Part shown: one piece after another, positions 17,544 through 27,647 of the stretch
How positions within the stretch are numbered: position 1 is the first letter of the stretch
How the letters are laid out: each line of letters opens with the position of its first letter
From: a virus
Taxonomy: Duplodnaviria; Caudoviricetes
Strand: one strand, 5' to 3'
IMG/VR virus record: IMGVR_UViG_3300026522_000028
Coordinates: 1 to 64,000 of that record
DNA: 64,000 nt
Notes under the pieces: model-generated
Databases searched by the model: none
Seen by the model: only the letters and a program-made list of their open reading frames with translations
What the model was told of the DNA's origin: nothing
Made by a program: the position numbers and the translations under genes

Positions 17544-18190
17544 TAGTCAACACCGTCCCATATCGCAGCGGGGTTCTCGATTCGGCCACCGTACCATACG
17601 GCGTCGTGCCAGTCTCCGTTGTCATCAAAGTATCCATACGAACCATCTTGGAATGCACCGAACTTCCGATGGATTACCATCGAACGAACATTGCAGTCGA
17701 ACGCCCGATTCCCGATATGCTGGATGCCCTCACCGATTTCGACGATGGCTCCTTCCGTCGTATCCATGCCAGAGAACGCATCGTCGCCAATGTACTCCAC
17801 AGAATCAGGGAGGATCAGTCGAGTCAGCTGCGGGCCGTTCATGAACGCACGATTGCCAATCTTCTTGATTCCCTCGCCGAATGTGCATTCCTTGATTGCC
17901 GATCCCTCAAAGGCATCGTCAGCGATCTCTTCTACGCTGCCGGGAATCGACACGGATTCCACTCCGCACTCTGCGAATGCATGAGGCGAAATGTTTTTCA
18001 ATGTCTTCGGTAGTACGATTCGCATGGGAACCTCGGGCCAGAAATTGTAGAAGCAGTAAGGTCGAATCGATGTGACGCCATCGGGAATCTTGTAGTCAAA
18101 AAGGTCTTTCGTGAAATACGCCCGCATGTCATCCGAGACTCGCTGCTCGTGACCGCTGGCGTACACACCGAACATATTGAGGAAACTCAT
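17543..18190 (-). CDS. BspA-like leucine-rich-repeat protein
   Basis: Repeats IPDGVTSIRPYCF, LPKTLKNISPHAF, IPGSVEEIADDAF, LPDSVEYIGDDAF. Confidence 0.8.
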   Translation of the reverse strand: MSFLNMFGVYASGHEQRVSDDMRAYFTKDLFDYKIPDGVTSIRPYCFYNFWPEVPMRIVLPKTLKNISPHAFAECGVESVSIPGSVEEIADDAFEGSAIKECTFGEGIKKIGNRAFMNGPQLTRLILPDSVEYIGDDAFSGMDTTEGAIVEIGEGIQHIGNRAFDCNVRSMVIHRKFGAFQDGSYGYFDDNGDWHDAVWYGGRIENPAAIWDGVD

Positions 18191-19116
18191 AGCATCAACA
18201 GGTTCACGTTCACGTCTTGGTCTGGCGGCGTGCCGAGGGCTTTCAGAACGATGTACCCGTCCTCCTGTTCCGCACAGGTAATGCACGCATCGGAAATCAT
18301 GGAGTACACCGTCTGCGATGTGCCGACCTGCGGAATCATCAGAATGTCTGTGGTCTTCTTGATGAGCGGATGGGAAATTTTGTATGTTCTGTCGCCGCCC
18401 CAGTCCTTCGCGATGAGCGTCACGAGGAGATTCTTTTTGTCCATCAGCCCAGCGTCGATGCTGATGTCCGACGTTCCATCGAAGGGAACGCCGTTGATCT
18501 TCGGCGTCAGGTGCAGCTTTCCGGCTTCGTCAGCGTATTTCACGTTGCCAAACATGGAGCCATGAATCAGCCCAGAAATATGAAATTCTCCCTTGTCATC
18601 AATGCGGATCGAGCCATTCGGTGAGCCATCGACCGCACCGTGGAATGTGATTGCGCTCCCGACTTCGCCACGGGAGATAACTTCTTTCTTTCCCATAGCA
18701 ACTTCGAGATTCGTGATTGTCTGGTTCACGGCTTCGATGACCGTCTTCATTTCCTGAATCTTGCCATCGGCAAGTTCATCGACCTTCACAACTTCATCGC
18801 GGTATTTCTTTGCGTCCTCCGCAGCGTCCTGTGCTCGCGCAGAATCAGCGTGAACCGATGATTCCACCTTCACAACATCGAGGTATGCTTTGTCGATCTG
18901 CTGCGAAATCTTTTTGATTGCCGTGACATCATCCTCGGAGATGTCTGGCTTCAAGTTGTCGATCATTTCTTTCAGCGCACGAAGGTCTTCTGCGATGACA
19001 TCATAGATGCCGTCGTTCTTCGCAGTCGTGAGCATCGAGTCTTTCGACACGACGCCTTTGTTCGTCACCTTGTTCTCATCATCGCGCTGCTCTAAGTATT
19101 GAAATCCGTCACTCAT
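18187..19116 (-). CDS. Short tail fibre, paralogous to 13394-16147
   Basis: Shares the N-terminus (GFQYLEQRD...GVVSK.S...YDVIAEDLR.L) and the C-terminal ~70 aa (ACI.C..QE.GY..L.A...P..D) with the long fibre. Confidence 0.75.
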   Translation of the reverse strand: MSDGFQYLEQRDDENKVTNKGVVSKDSMLTTAKNDGIYDVIAEDLRALKEMIDNLKPDISEDDVTAIKKISQQIDKAYLDVVKVESSVHADSARAQDAAEDAKKYRDEVVKVDELADGKIQEMKTVIEAVNQTITNLEVAMGKKEVISRGEVGSAITFHGAVDGSPNGSIRIDDKGEFHISGLIHGSMFGNVKYADEAGKLHLTPKINGVPFDGTSDISIDAGLMDKKNLLVTLIAKDWGGDRTYKISHPLIKKTTDILMIPQVGTSQTVYSMISDACITCAEQEDGYIVLKALGTPPDQDVNVNLLML

Positions 19117-19127
19117 GTTGTCACCCC

Positions 19128-21548
19128 TTAGAATGTATCTACGATAAATACCAGCGACAGATCGCTGGACACACCATCAGTCATGCACGCAGGAACACGC
19201 TTGCGCGTCTTCGTCGGCGGCTTTATCCATTCGCTCGGAGGAGCTTCGACCGCATCGTAGGATTTGCCGCGATGCCATACGCGATGGTATTTGTCGCCTG
19301 TGTAGTAACCGCTGTTCCCCGGGATGGCCTGCCATTCCTCGGCGCGTTTCAGCCAAGCGGTGTACTTCTTTTCGTAGTTCGGGTCTGGAACGCCATCCTT
19401 ATTTACAACGTCGCCATCTCTGGTGTAGCTTAGAACGATGTGGTTCAACTGATCGAGGCTACCGCCGCCAGATAATTTCTTGAATTGCAGCTGCTCAATC
19501 TGCGTCTCCATTTTGATTCTGATGCCATCCTTCGTGCGTTTGAAGGAATAGCCATAGGCATAGCAGATGTTCTTCTCGGAAACATCGGCAATCAGCGCAG
19601 GCATCCAGATTGTCAGCGGACACATAATGGAACACGACGGGCTTACCGTCGTATACCAAGAGTTCGAGCAATCGACCTGCGACTTGTCACCAACGAGAGT
19701 CTTGAGACGGCCCGGTTTACGGTATCGTAAAAGAGGACCCACTTTTATTGTTCGTATTTGTTCTGCCTCCGCGAGACAGTCATCGTCAACCGTGCCATAA
19801 ATGAGGTCTTCAACGTCTTTCTTCGATGCTGTTTCGCGCTTCGGGTACGTAATCCAGCGTAAGATTTTATAGCCGTTGTCCTCTAGATAGGAGAAATATG
19901 CTGCGTCTTTCTGTTCGATATGTCCCTTATCTACCATGGACATGACCTTGCCTTTGTTCCCGTGAAGATCGAGGTCGGGATAGTCCATTTTCCCGAAGTG
20001 ATACCCCGTTTCGCTCGCGTTGACGTAGGTGTGCTTGTGGTGCTTACTATGCGAAATCCGAATGGAATATATCTGATATGCACCGAAGACCGTAGCGGAC
20101 AATGCGAGATAGAGATTTGCAAAACCCGGCAACGTCGTGGTGAACGTGGAGTTACCTTCGGCCTCTACCATTTCATCCACGAGATCCCAGTAGGAGCTGC
20201 CGTCCTCTTCTTGTACTTTTTCCCATCTGGTGACTTCCGTCTCGCCCTTGTAATGCCAATGCGGGGCATCTGGAACGTCGATGGTTCCCTGCGTCGTGAT
20301 GACGTTAGAATAGAAGCTGTCCTTGAAACTTCCTAGGAGTCCCGTGTTGTTGAACACGACGTTTCCTTCGGCATCGCGCAGCTCTAGGCCAGCCCCGTGT
20401 TCCATCGGCGGGTAGTAGTTCTGCGACCAGTAGAAGATGCTGATCTTGCGATCCGTTGTGCATGACACATACTGTACCTGCTTGCCGTTGTATTCTGCGA
20501 TGGGACTGATGTAAAGCGTGCCGTCCGTTGTCGAATACGAAACGCCGACAACGCCATCAGGGAACTCCACGCCGTACACCTGTCCCTCATCGACACAAGC
20601 AACAACGTCCTCCTGCTTTACGATGTGGAGCAGATGCGTGTTATCGCCGAACTGGAACACGCCCTCGTTGTTCACCGATTCAAAATATGTGGAGGGGTTC
20701 TCGTAGTATTTCGTGGATCGTTCAGTTCCTTTGCCTGAACCACCGCCAGTCCAAGGATTGCCACCGGGACTATGCCCAGAACCAGAGCCAGAGTCATGAC
20801 CTGCCCCAGAATCCTTTTTTTCTTTCGCTGCTTTTAGCGCTGCCTCTGCCTTGCGAATCGGAGATGCCATCGCAGACACCCAGAGTTCGCCAGCGCGTTC
20901 GTAGCCAGAGTCCGTAGGGTGTACGTAGTCAGAGTTGAGGTCATCCCATACGTCATCGTCTGGATTCGTGCAAGACCACCACGGCTGCGCGAAGTCGCAG
21001 AAGACTAATCCTCGACGTTCACTGTAGGACTTGATTTTACTGTAGAGCTTCTTCATGTTCGACAGGACACCAGAGACGGCTTTATCGTGACCGCCCCACG
21101 AATCTTCGAGCCAATGGTTTGCCGATACAACCTTCTCGCACCAGAGTTTGCTCAAGCCGAAGTATGCACCGACAACAGGGATGATGCCGAGACGCAAGCA
21201 GCCCTGCACCATGTTCTTAAACGCCGTTATTGCCTCGTTAAAGTTGTCCTTCCGTGGCGTCCAACAGTCATTGCCACCGCCCTCGATGATGCAGATGTCT
21301 GGGTATCTGCCTGCCGTTGATTTACAATAATTCAAAACGTCCTGTTCTGCACGAGCCACTTCGTTCTCCAGCGTATTGCCGCCGATAGCACGATTGAACA
21401 CGCGGACATTATCGTATGCATTGCGAATGCTTTGCGTCCAACTGTGGGTGTCCTCGGCTTCACTCGGCATACTGTTTGTGTACGGTGAGCCCGATGCGAC
21501 CGAATCGCCGATCATTGCAATAAGTACGGTGTTCTCGTCATCGTCCAT
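19128..21548 (-). CDS. SGNH/GDSL esterase fused to a tail-associated domain
   Basis: IGDSV, AIGGNT, GGGND, DYVHP blocks in the first ~225 aa; Gly-rich linker; C-terminal part unassigned. Confidence 0.75.
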   Translation of the reverse strand: MDDDENTVLIAMIGDSVASGSPYTNSMPSEAEDTHSWTQSIRNAYDNVRVFNRAIGGNTLENEVARAEQDVLNYCKSTAGRYPDICIIEGGGNDCWTPRKDNFNEAITAFKNMVQGCLRLGIIPVVGAYFGLSKLWCEKVVSANHWLEDSWGGHDKAVSGVLSNMKKLYSKIKSYSERRGLVFCDFAQPWWSCTNPDDDVWDDLNSDYVHPTDSGYERAGELWVSAMASPIRKAEAALKAAKEKKDSGAGHDSGSGSGHSPGGNPWTGGGSGKGTERSTKYYENPSTYFESVNNEGVFQFGDNTHLLHIVKQEDVVACVDEGQVYGVEFPDGVVGVSYSTTDGTLYISPIAEYNGKQVQYVSCTTDRKISIFYWSQNYYPPMEHGAGLELRDAEGNVVFNNTGLLGSFKDSFYSNVITTQGTIDVPDAPHWHYKGETEVTRWEKVQEEDGSSYWDLVDEMVEAEGNSTFTTTLPGFANLYLALSATVFGAYQIYSIRISHSKHHKHTYVNASETGYHFGKMDYPDLDLHGNKGKVMSMVDKGHIEQKDAAYFSYLEDNGYKILRWITYPKRETASKKDVEDLIYGTVDDDCLAEAEQIRTIKVGPLLRYRKPGRLKTLVGDKSQVDCSNSWYTTVSPSCSIMCPLTIWMPALIADVSEKNICYAYGYSFKRTKDGIRIKMETQIEQLQFKKLSGGGSLDQLNHIVLSYTRDGDVVNKDGVPDPNYEKKYTAWLKRAEEWQAIPGNSGYYTGDKYHRVWHRGKSYDAVEAPPSEWIKPPTKTRKRVPACMTDGVSSDLSLVFIVDTF

Positions 21549-21563
21549 CCATCATCATCCTCC

Positions 21564-21944
21564 TTAGAAATATCCATACACGAACTCTGTTTCATACAGA
21601 GAGTCCGTGCCATCTACGTTATCTATGAATCCATGAAACTCTGCCGTTGATTTCGTCGGCTTCAGCTTCGTATACGTCCATTGAATCTGGTCGCCAGAGA
21701 TCGCCATGCTCGATGGGAATCTGTACATACTATTCGAGCCAGAGGAGACGAGCTTATTGCTCATCGGAATCACGGCGATGTTCTTGCCGACGATGCGGCT
21801 GTCTGAAATGTGACCGCTGCCCCAGTCGGCCCGTGTCTTGAAGCTGCCGAGGAATTTGAATGGCCGCGTGCGGTCGAGCACCGTCTGTACACCGAACTCA
21901 TTTTTTACAACGAGTCCGCAGCGCATCTTTCGCTTCTCTGCCAT
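21564..21944 (-). CDS. Tail tip accessory protein
   Basis: Position after the gpJ-like gene; GLVVKNEFG-type start resembles small tail proteins. Confidence 0.5.
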   Translation of the reverse strand: MAEKRKMRCGLVVKNEFGVQTVLDRTRPFKFLGSFKTRADWGSGHISDSRIVGKNIAVIPMSNKLVSSGSNSMYRFPSSMAISGDQIQWTYTKLKPTKSTAEFHGFIDNVDGTDSLYETEFVYGYF

Positions 21945-21945
21945 A

Positions 21946-24900
21946 TCACCACACCCCCAGCTTCACGCGGCAGATGTTGTTGTCATCGTAGACCTTGATG
22001 AGGTTGTCAGAGATTTCAACGCGAGCGCCGCTATCCTTTGTACGCAGCAGGCCGATCTTTGCCGTCAGCGCACTCAACTCATCTACGCGGATGCGGCTGG
22101 CATCAATGGAACCAGCAGCGAGTTTGTCTGTGGAGATTGCCCCAGCCTGAATCATCTTGTCCGTGATGACATTATCATCGAACTTCGTCTTGCCTGTGAC
22201 GTGCAGGTACTTGCCATCGATGGTCGTACCTGTGGATGTCATGTTAATCTGATTGATGACATCGCCCTTCTGAACACGAGCATTGATGCCATCTGCAAGC
22301 TGCGTGATCGATGAATACTTCGATGTCTTCGGGTCTTTGCCGAGCTCCGCGACAATCGACTGCACCATATCAGCGTTCTGCTTGACTTCCGACGCAAGGC
22401 CCTTGCGCGAATCCGTGACAGCGAAATCAATCTTGTTCGACAACTCCGTAATCTGCGATGCCGTCTGCGTTTTCACGTCGGCTACCTCGGAATGAATGGA
22501 GCTATCCGTCTTCGTGAGGTCGGCGATGTTCTGGTCGATCTTCGTGAATTTTGCCGCCGTATCTTGGACGCTCTTCAACGCATCCTTTGACAACGAATCG
22601 AACTTCGCCATGCTGATTGAGCCGTCCTCAATCCATTCTGGGTTGAACGTCGGCTTGATGACAACGCTGAAGATGTCCGACAGATCGCCCTCGCCGAGCA
22701 GGTCGATGTATGCAGCGCGAACGTCGTAGATGTCTGGCTCCCCGTTGAACTGCAACACAGGATGCCGCAGCTCGAACCGCTGGGAGTACGATGCGCCCGT
22801 AAGATAGAACACGATGCGATGGACGCCAGATGGGAACGGAGGCGCGACAATGTTTACGCCGCGAGGTGTCTGCGAAACCGTGAGCTTATCGGGTGCTGGC
22901 GGCTTCGGATATTTGTATGCGACGATAGCAGGGAAGCTCGCTTTCTTGTGCCGATTGATTGCAAAGACATACACCTTGCCGACACGGGATGTCAGCGATA
23001 CCGAGATGGACGTGTCAGGGGTTCGACCGAGAAGCCCATCGGAATTTCCGACCTGCTCATTGGTGCGAATCTCGTAGTACAGAACGTCCGCGTCGGGAAC
23101 GTCATCCCACTCAAAGTAGAAGCTGTTGCTGAAATCGTAACGGAGATTCTGTGGCTGCGACGGAACCGTGCTTCGTTCTGCGACGAGCACATAAATCGTA
23201 GGCGCGGTTGCGTCATCGGAAAGCATTCCTGAATCCGAGCGCGTCCGAACTTTGATTTCATATTCATCACCGAGGGAAACGTTGCGAATCGTGAGGCGAT
23301 GCGATGTTGTGCCAGCCTCTTTCCAAGGGACATAGAATCCCATCTTGTCCAACGCCACATCCGATGGGACATTGGAAACTTCCGCTGCACGAGCGTTGTT
23401 CTCGCGATAGTAGACGATGGCCTCGTTGATGTCGTAGCGTTCTGGGAGGTCGAAGGAAACAACGATGTCATAGCCTGTCTTGCCGTCTGCGTGGAGGCGG
23501 TACTGCGACCATGCTTCGAGGTTTTTGACCTGCGTCGGTTCGAGCTTCGCGAAGTTATCATCGCTATCCGTCGTGTAGTTGTACCAATGGATACCGCCGC
23601 CGAGGTCATCGTTATAGAGCTCGGGGTTGTACTGCCGACCTTCAATCTCGAAGTGTTCGTCCTCGGTTTCTTTGATTTGCGAGATGCGGATCGGCAGACC
23701 GTCGAACACGCCATGATAAGACACCGTAACCACATCGCCCGGCTCCAGATGCATTGCCTGAAGCCCCGTCTTGAATGAGATGTTCAGCGGGCAGGCGAGG
23801 TTGTAGTCGCGGTAAAACCGTGCGAGGCGCAATGCCTGACTCTGCGACGTGACACCATTGAGCTGCACTTCCTTCGTCACGATTTTCCCGCGCTGCTTCT
23901 GGTCGGCGAAGTCCTCACAGAGACACGAGACGCTTACCCAGTTGTTCAGCGGGTCGATGATTTTGATACTGTAGCGGTTCGGCGTCTCCGACAGTTTCAG
24001 CGGAGCAATCGAAATATCCGAGCAGTTGGAGTCATTGAATTTGTACGACACAGGCGTGCGCTGCTCCACCTTCAGCTTCAGCTTGCCATCGGACATCGTA
24101 AGATAGCCTGCGAAGTTCGCGAGGATTTCCTGAATCCAGTTGATGCCCGATGCCGACTGGTCGATTACCATGTTCAACTCATAGCGCTTTGCTTTCACGA
24201 CAACGTTATCGGAATTGTGGAACTCAATGACTTCATCGCAGTAGTCCGCAGATTCAATCCACGAGTCTTTGTCGATGTCATCCATCGTAATCCACTTGCC
24301 GAGGCCGAAACGTTTGTTCGTGAGGAAATCGAGGAGGCACATCGCCGGGTTCGTCGAATACTCCGTCTTGCCCGTGCGGAGGTCGTAGACCTTTCTGCCT
24401 TTGACAATGGCAGAGACATTCGGATTGCCATTGAGCTCTTGGTTGACCGAGAAATGCATATCGAGCCATGCCAGCCCCGGATAGCCGCCGACCTCCGTGT
24501 AGTTATCGGGAGCTTCGCAGTCGTGGAACTGGTAGGTCGTGCCGCCAGTCACCGTATCAGCCATGACCCTCAGCGGATTGTTATAGCAGTTGCCGCCGTC
24601 CATCCGAAGATCGCCTGGATACTTCGCGCTGGCGGCAGTCGGAAACGCTTCCCATCCATCGTGCATACGGTTGATGTACGAGATGAGTGACGTGGTATTG
24701 ACCTGCCACTCATAGAAGCTCTCGTTCTTCTGCGCGTCATCCTTGTTGCAGAGATACACGTCGTGGTTGTTGCCGTTCGCCGACAGATGCAGATGCTTGT
24801 CCGTGATGTCAACGTGGGCGTTTTTATCGAGGCGGTTCTGAATGGTGAACACCGCACCCTCCGATTGATTACCTGTGGGAACCATGAGATCGTTCGCCGT

Positions 24901-25362
24901 GACCGACGTGACACCTTCGATGCCACCTTCGCAGAGAACGACGTGCTTGTGGAGCTCATTGGCTTCCGCGTTCGTCCAATGATATGTCTGGTTGCCAGAG
25001 ATTTTTCTCATGCCGTACACGACAGGAATCTGCGCCGTCGTTGACATCGTTTCCTGTGCGCGGTCGAATCGCTGGACATCTGGTGAGCCGACGTTGCCCA
25101 TATCCATATTGAAGCTCTTCTGATGCGTTGCCGTCCAGATGCTACCGCCGAGGGATGCACCGAGGATCGCACCAGCCCAGCAACCTACATGGAACAACGG
25201 AGCAGCCCAGATAAATCCGATAGCACCAAACAGGATGCTTGCAAAGATTTTTCCTCGGGACTTGCCACCGCCGCCACCGCCGAATCGTTGCAGGTCGAAG
25301 TCGAACCGCTGTTGCGACAGGACGCTTCTCGCGGCGAGTTCCTTCTGTAATTCTTCGTTCAT
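21946..25362 (-). CDS. Central tail tip / host-specificity protein (lambda gpJ-like)
   Basis: IPVVYG, YPGLAWL, YSTNPAMCLLDFLTN..FGLG, FnIII-like segments, coiled C-terminus. Confidence 0.85.
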   Translation of the reverse strand: MNEELQKELAARSVLSQQRFDFDLQRFGGGGGGKSRGKIFASILFGAIGFIWAAPLFHVGCWAGAILGASLGGSIWTATHQKSFNMDMGNVGSPDVQRFDRAQETMSTTAQIPVVYGMRKISGNQTYHWTNAEANELHKHVVLCEGGIEGVTSVTANDLMVPTGNQSEGAVFTIQNRLDKNAHVDITDKHLHLSANGNNHDVYLCNKDDAQKNESFYEWQVNTTSLISYINRMHDGWEAFPTAASAKYPGDLRMDGGNCYNNPLRVMADTVTGGTTYQFHDCEAPDNYTEVGGYPGLAWLDMHFSVNQELNGNPNVSAIVKGRKVYDLRTGKTEYSTNPAMCLLDFLTNKRFGLGKWITMDDIDKDSWIESADYCDEVIEFHNSDNVVVKAKRYELNMVIDQSASGINWIQEILANFAGYLTMSDGKLKLKVEQRTPVSYKFNDSNCSDISIAPLKLSETPNRYSIKIIDPLNNWVSVSCLCEDFADQKQRGKIVTKEVQLNGVTSQSQALRLARFYRDYNLACPLNISFKTGLQAMHLEPGDVVTVSYHGVFDGLPIRISQIKETEDEHFEIEGRQYNPELYNDDLGGGIHWYNYTTDSDDNFAKLEPTQVKNLEAWSQYRLHADGKTGYDIVVSFDLPERYDINEAIVYYRENNARAAEVSNVPSDVALDKMGFYVPWKEAGTTSHRLTIRNVSLGDEYEIKVRTRSDSGMLSDDATAPTIYVLVAERSTVPSQPQNLRYDFSNSFYFEWDDVPDADVLYYEIRTNEQVGNSDGLLGRTPDTSISVSLTSRVGKVYVFAINRHKKASFPAIVAYKYPKPPAPDKLTVSQTPRGVNIVAPPFPSGVHRIVFYLTGASYSQRFELRHPVLQFNGEPDIYDVRAAYIDLLGEGDLSDIFSVVIKPTFNPEWIEDGSISMAKFDSLSKDALKSVQDTAAKFTKIDQNIADLTKTDSSIHSEVADVKTQTASQITELSNKIDFAVTDSRKGLASEVKQNADMVQSIVAELGKDPKTSKYSSITQLADGINARVQKGDVINQINMTSTGTTIDGKYLHVTGKTKFDDNVITDKMIQAGAISTDKLAAGSIDASRIRVDELSALTAKIGLLRTKDSGARVEISDNLIKVYDDNNICRVKLGVW

Positions 25363-25371
25363 ATCGTCACC

Positions 25372-26169
25372 TCATCTATACACACTTTCAAACGGAATCG
25401 CAGGGAATCCGCCGTAATGCTCCATGTTGTTGTAGCTCTGACACATCTTCGCCGTCTTGTTGCAACCACGCACCAGCGTCGCCGAATGATTCGTGAGATT
25501 TTGCTGCGCGAACCCGACGATGACCGTCACGTACTGGCCGCTGGACTTCGAGATCACACGGGATTCACCGCCAATCGTGATAACGCCGTCCTTCCAGTAA
25601 TCCGTGCCATGCGATGTATTGAGCTTGATGTTTACGCCATCGCCGCCGAGCACCTGCGTGACTTCCTTTGCTAAATCCATGCCACACTCTGCGTCACCGA
25701 ACTCGCTATTGCAGGCGAGGCGGTAGTTGCGGTTCGGACAATCGACTTCCGGCAGACGCGACGTGAGCTTGCAGTTGAACGTGCCATCGGAGAACGACGG
25801 CTCGTCAATGATGCCAGAGAAAATCCATTGTGCGATGTTCGGGTCTTCAAGGGAGTCAGGGTACTGGATGCGAACAATCGTTGCCGCGCACCCTCGGAAG
25901 TCGAAGCCGTTCAGCACGAACTTCAGCAGGTCGAACGAGCAATCGCCGAGGGAGATTTCGCAGGAGTCCACGATGTTGTCCGTGGTCTTCGTGATCTCCC
26001 CGCGCTGAAACGGTACGCCCGTGTATGTCTTGCCATCGTAGACAATGCTTTCATCGCAAGCGGCTAGGCGCATAACGCCCGTCCGCAGCGTAATCGTGTA
26101 GAGCTCGATGAAGAACGGGTTCATCGAATCCTTTGCATTCCGCATCGAGACTGGGAGTACAACACTCAT
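25372..26169 (-). CDS. Tail tip protein (gpL/DUF2163-like)
   Basis: Cys pattern C...C...FGD..C and GCNKT...C...NN..HYGGFP. Confidence 0.8.
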   Translation of the reverse strand: MSVVLPVSMRNAKDSMNPFFIELYTITLRTGVMRLAACDESIVYDGKTYTGVPFQRGEITKTTDNIVDSCEISLGDCSFDLLKFVLNGFDFRGCAATIVRIQYPDSLEDPNIAQWIFSGIIDEPSFSDGTFNCKLTSRLPEVDCPNRNYRLACNSEFGDAECGMDLAKEVTQVLGGDGVNIKLNTSHGTDYWKDGVITIGGESRVISKSSGQYVTVIVGFAQQNLTNHSATLVRGCNKTAKMCQSYNNMEHYGGFPAIPFESVYR

Positions 26170-26588
26170 TTCTCTTTCCTCCTAAACGCATACTTGAAAA
26201 CCTTCGTCCACCACGGGCGCGTGTAGATCGTCGATTCACTCACGCCGTAGACCGTGGGAATCTCCATGCCGAGTACCTTGCCATAACCGACGTAGATGCC
26301 CATGTGCTCATGAAGATTGACCTCCATGATGATAATGTCTCCGAACTGCAAGTCATCGTAGTCAACGCGGTCGAAGTTCTTGAGCATGAATCGATAGAGC
26401 CGACGCCACATGCGCGGCTGCATGTAATTTTCTTCTGTGACAGGCTCGGTTTTGCCGTCGTCCCATACGGGCTTCCAGCCGTGTTCCCGATAGAACAACT
26501 GCACGAGCCCGAAGCAATCACACTTTTCAAAAGACGATTCGCCAAAGTAATGTTTGATTCCAACGTATTTGCTGATGTCTTCCATCAA
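26166..26588 (-). CDS. NlpC/P60 tail protein (gpK-like)
   Basis: DCFGLVQLFY, HEHMGIYVG. Confidence 0.8.
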   Translation of the reverse strand: MMEDISKYVGIKHYFGESSFEKCDCFGLVQLFYREHGWKPVWDDGKTEPVTEENYMQPRMWRRLYRFMLKNFDRVDYDDLQFGDIIIMEVNLHEHMGIYVGYGKVLGMEIPTVYGVSESTIYTRPWWTKVFKYAFRRKEK

Positions 26589-27286
26589 TCGACCACCTCC
26601 AAGTCAAGACTGCACTCGAAGCCGACCACGTTGCCAGCTTCGAGATGGTCTGTGATTTCCAATTTATCTGGCAGGGAGACATGCAGCGTCTCCCCATTGT
26701 TCTTGTATGTCAGCGGCGTCCGACAATGCGCGTTGAACATGCGGATAATTTTATCGCGGTCATCACGCAACCCTGCGAACTTCGCTGCGATCTTCCGTGC
26801 TGGCTTCGCCCGCTTCTGGAAGTATCCCGTGTTCGCGCCGAGTTCCACCTTGCCAGTCTTCCAATCGTATGTTTCCTCCGTTTCCCCGAGGGGAACAGGG
26901 AGCGTGTCTTCGAGCTTCGGTGTGCCGTAGTCGTTCTTTGACTGATCGACCTCCAGCGTAATCTGACAGGTGAACGTCACGATGCGACCGTTCTCTCGGT
27001 AGCACTTCGGGACAATCGCAGAACCGAAGCGAACCTCCTCGGCGTTCCCATCGTAGCGGAACAGGAACTTATTCTCGATGCCGCGATGGGCATTGTAAAA
27101 ATCGAGGAACCGTTTGAAGTTCAAAGAATAATCTGCCATGCCGCCGATGTTGAACGAGTAGGTCTTCTTCGCATGGATACGCTTGCGGACGTACTGCTTG
27201 CTGCCATCGTCGAACTCTGTTTCCTTGCTGCCCCAGTTATAGGAAATCTTTACGTCTCCAACGGGAGCAAAGGGAAATATCTCCAT
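26585..27286 (-). CDS. Distal tail protein (gpM-like, internally duplicated)
   Basis: Two similar halves (S.ETEFDDGSKQY / TGKVELGANTGYF); GGAGGTG RBS before ATG 27286. Confidence 0.7.
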   Translation of the reverse strand: MEIFPFAPVGDVKISYNWGSKETEFDDGSKQYVRKRIHAKKTYSFNIGGMADYSLNFKRFLDFYNAHRGIENKFLFRYDGNAEEVRFGSAIVPKCYRENGRIVTFTCQITLEVDQSKNDYGTPKLEDTLPVPLGETEETYDWKTGKVELGANTGYFQKRAKPARKIAAKFAGLRDDRDKIIRMFNAHCRTPLTYKNNGETLHVSLPDKLEITDHLEAGNVVGFECSLDLEVVD

Positions 27287-27430
27287 AGCCTTGCACCTCC
27301 ATAGATATACAATGATAGTCTTTGGCCCCCTACCCCATAACTTAGCTATGCCAAGGTGTACTAAACCTTCCTCGGAAAAGGAAAAGGAGCATGGCTCCCA
27401 AAAGGAAAAGGACACAGGGAATTGCACCCC

Positions 27431-27497
27431 TCATGCGTAATGTAAAAAATCGGGGGTCTTTGCAACCCTATTGACACTAAGTTTAATCAAAAAATAA
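27431..27497 (-). promoter_or_regulatory. Putative late promoter, copy 1
   Basis: TTGCAA-17-CATTAC with upstream TTGATTAAACTT; similar to 47125-47191. Confidence 0.55.
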
Positions 27498-27607
27498 TCA
27501 GAGCTATGCACCGATGTCCATTTTTGGATACCAAACGCCGTGCAATGCTCCCAGCGTTCTCCCTGAACGCATTCGATGTTCAATGTGGAACATTTATCGC
27601 AGAAACA

Positions 27608-27641
27608 AAAATAGAGGCTCTAGGACGAACCTAGAGCCTCA
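27608..27641 (-). terminator. Terminator after the tape measure gene
   Basis: GAGGCTCTAGG-ttcgt-CCTAGAGCCTC-TATTTTT. Confidence 0.8.
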
Positions 27642-27647
27642 CAATCA

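Noticed and set aside
12620-19116. Diversity-generating retroelement targeting the fibre or LRR genes
   Set aside because: No reverse transcriptase and no template/variable repeat pair differing at adenines were seen in this window.
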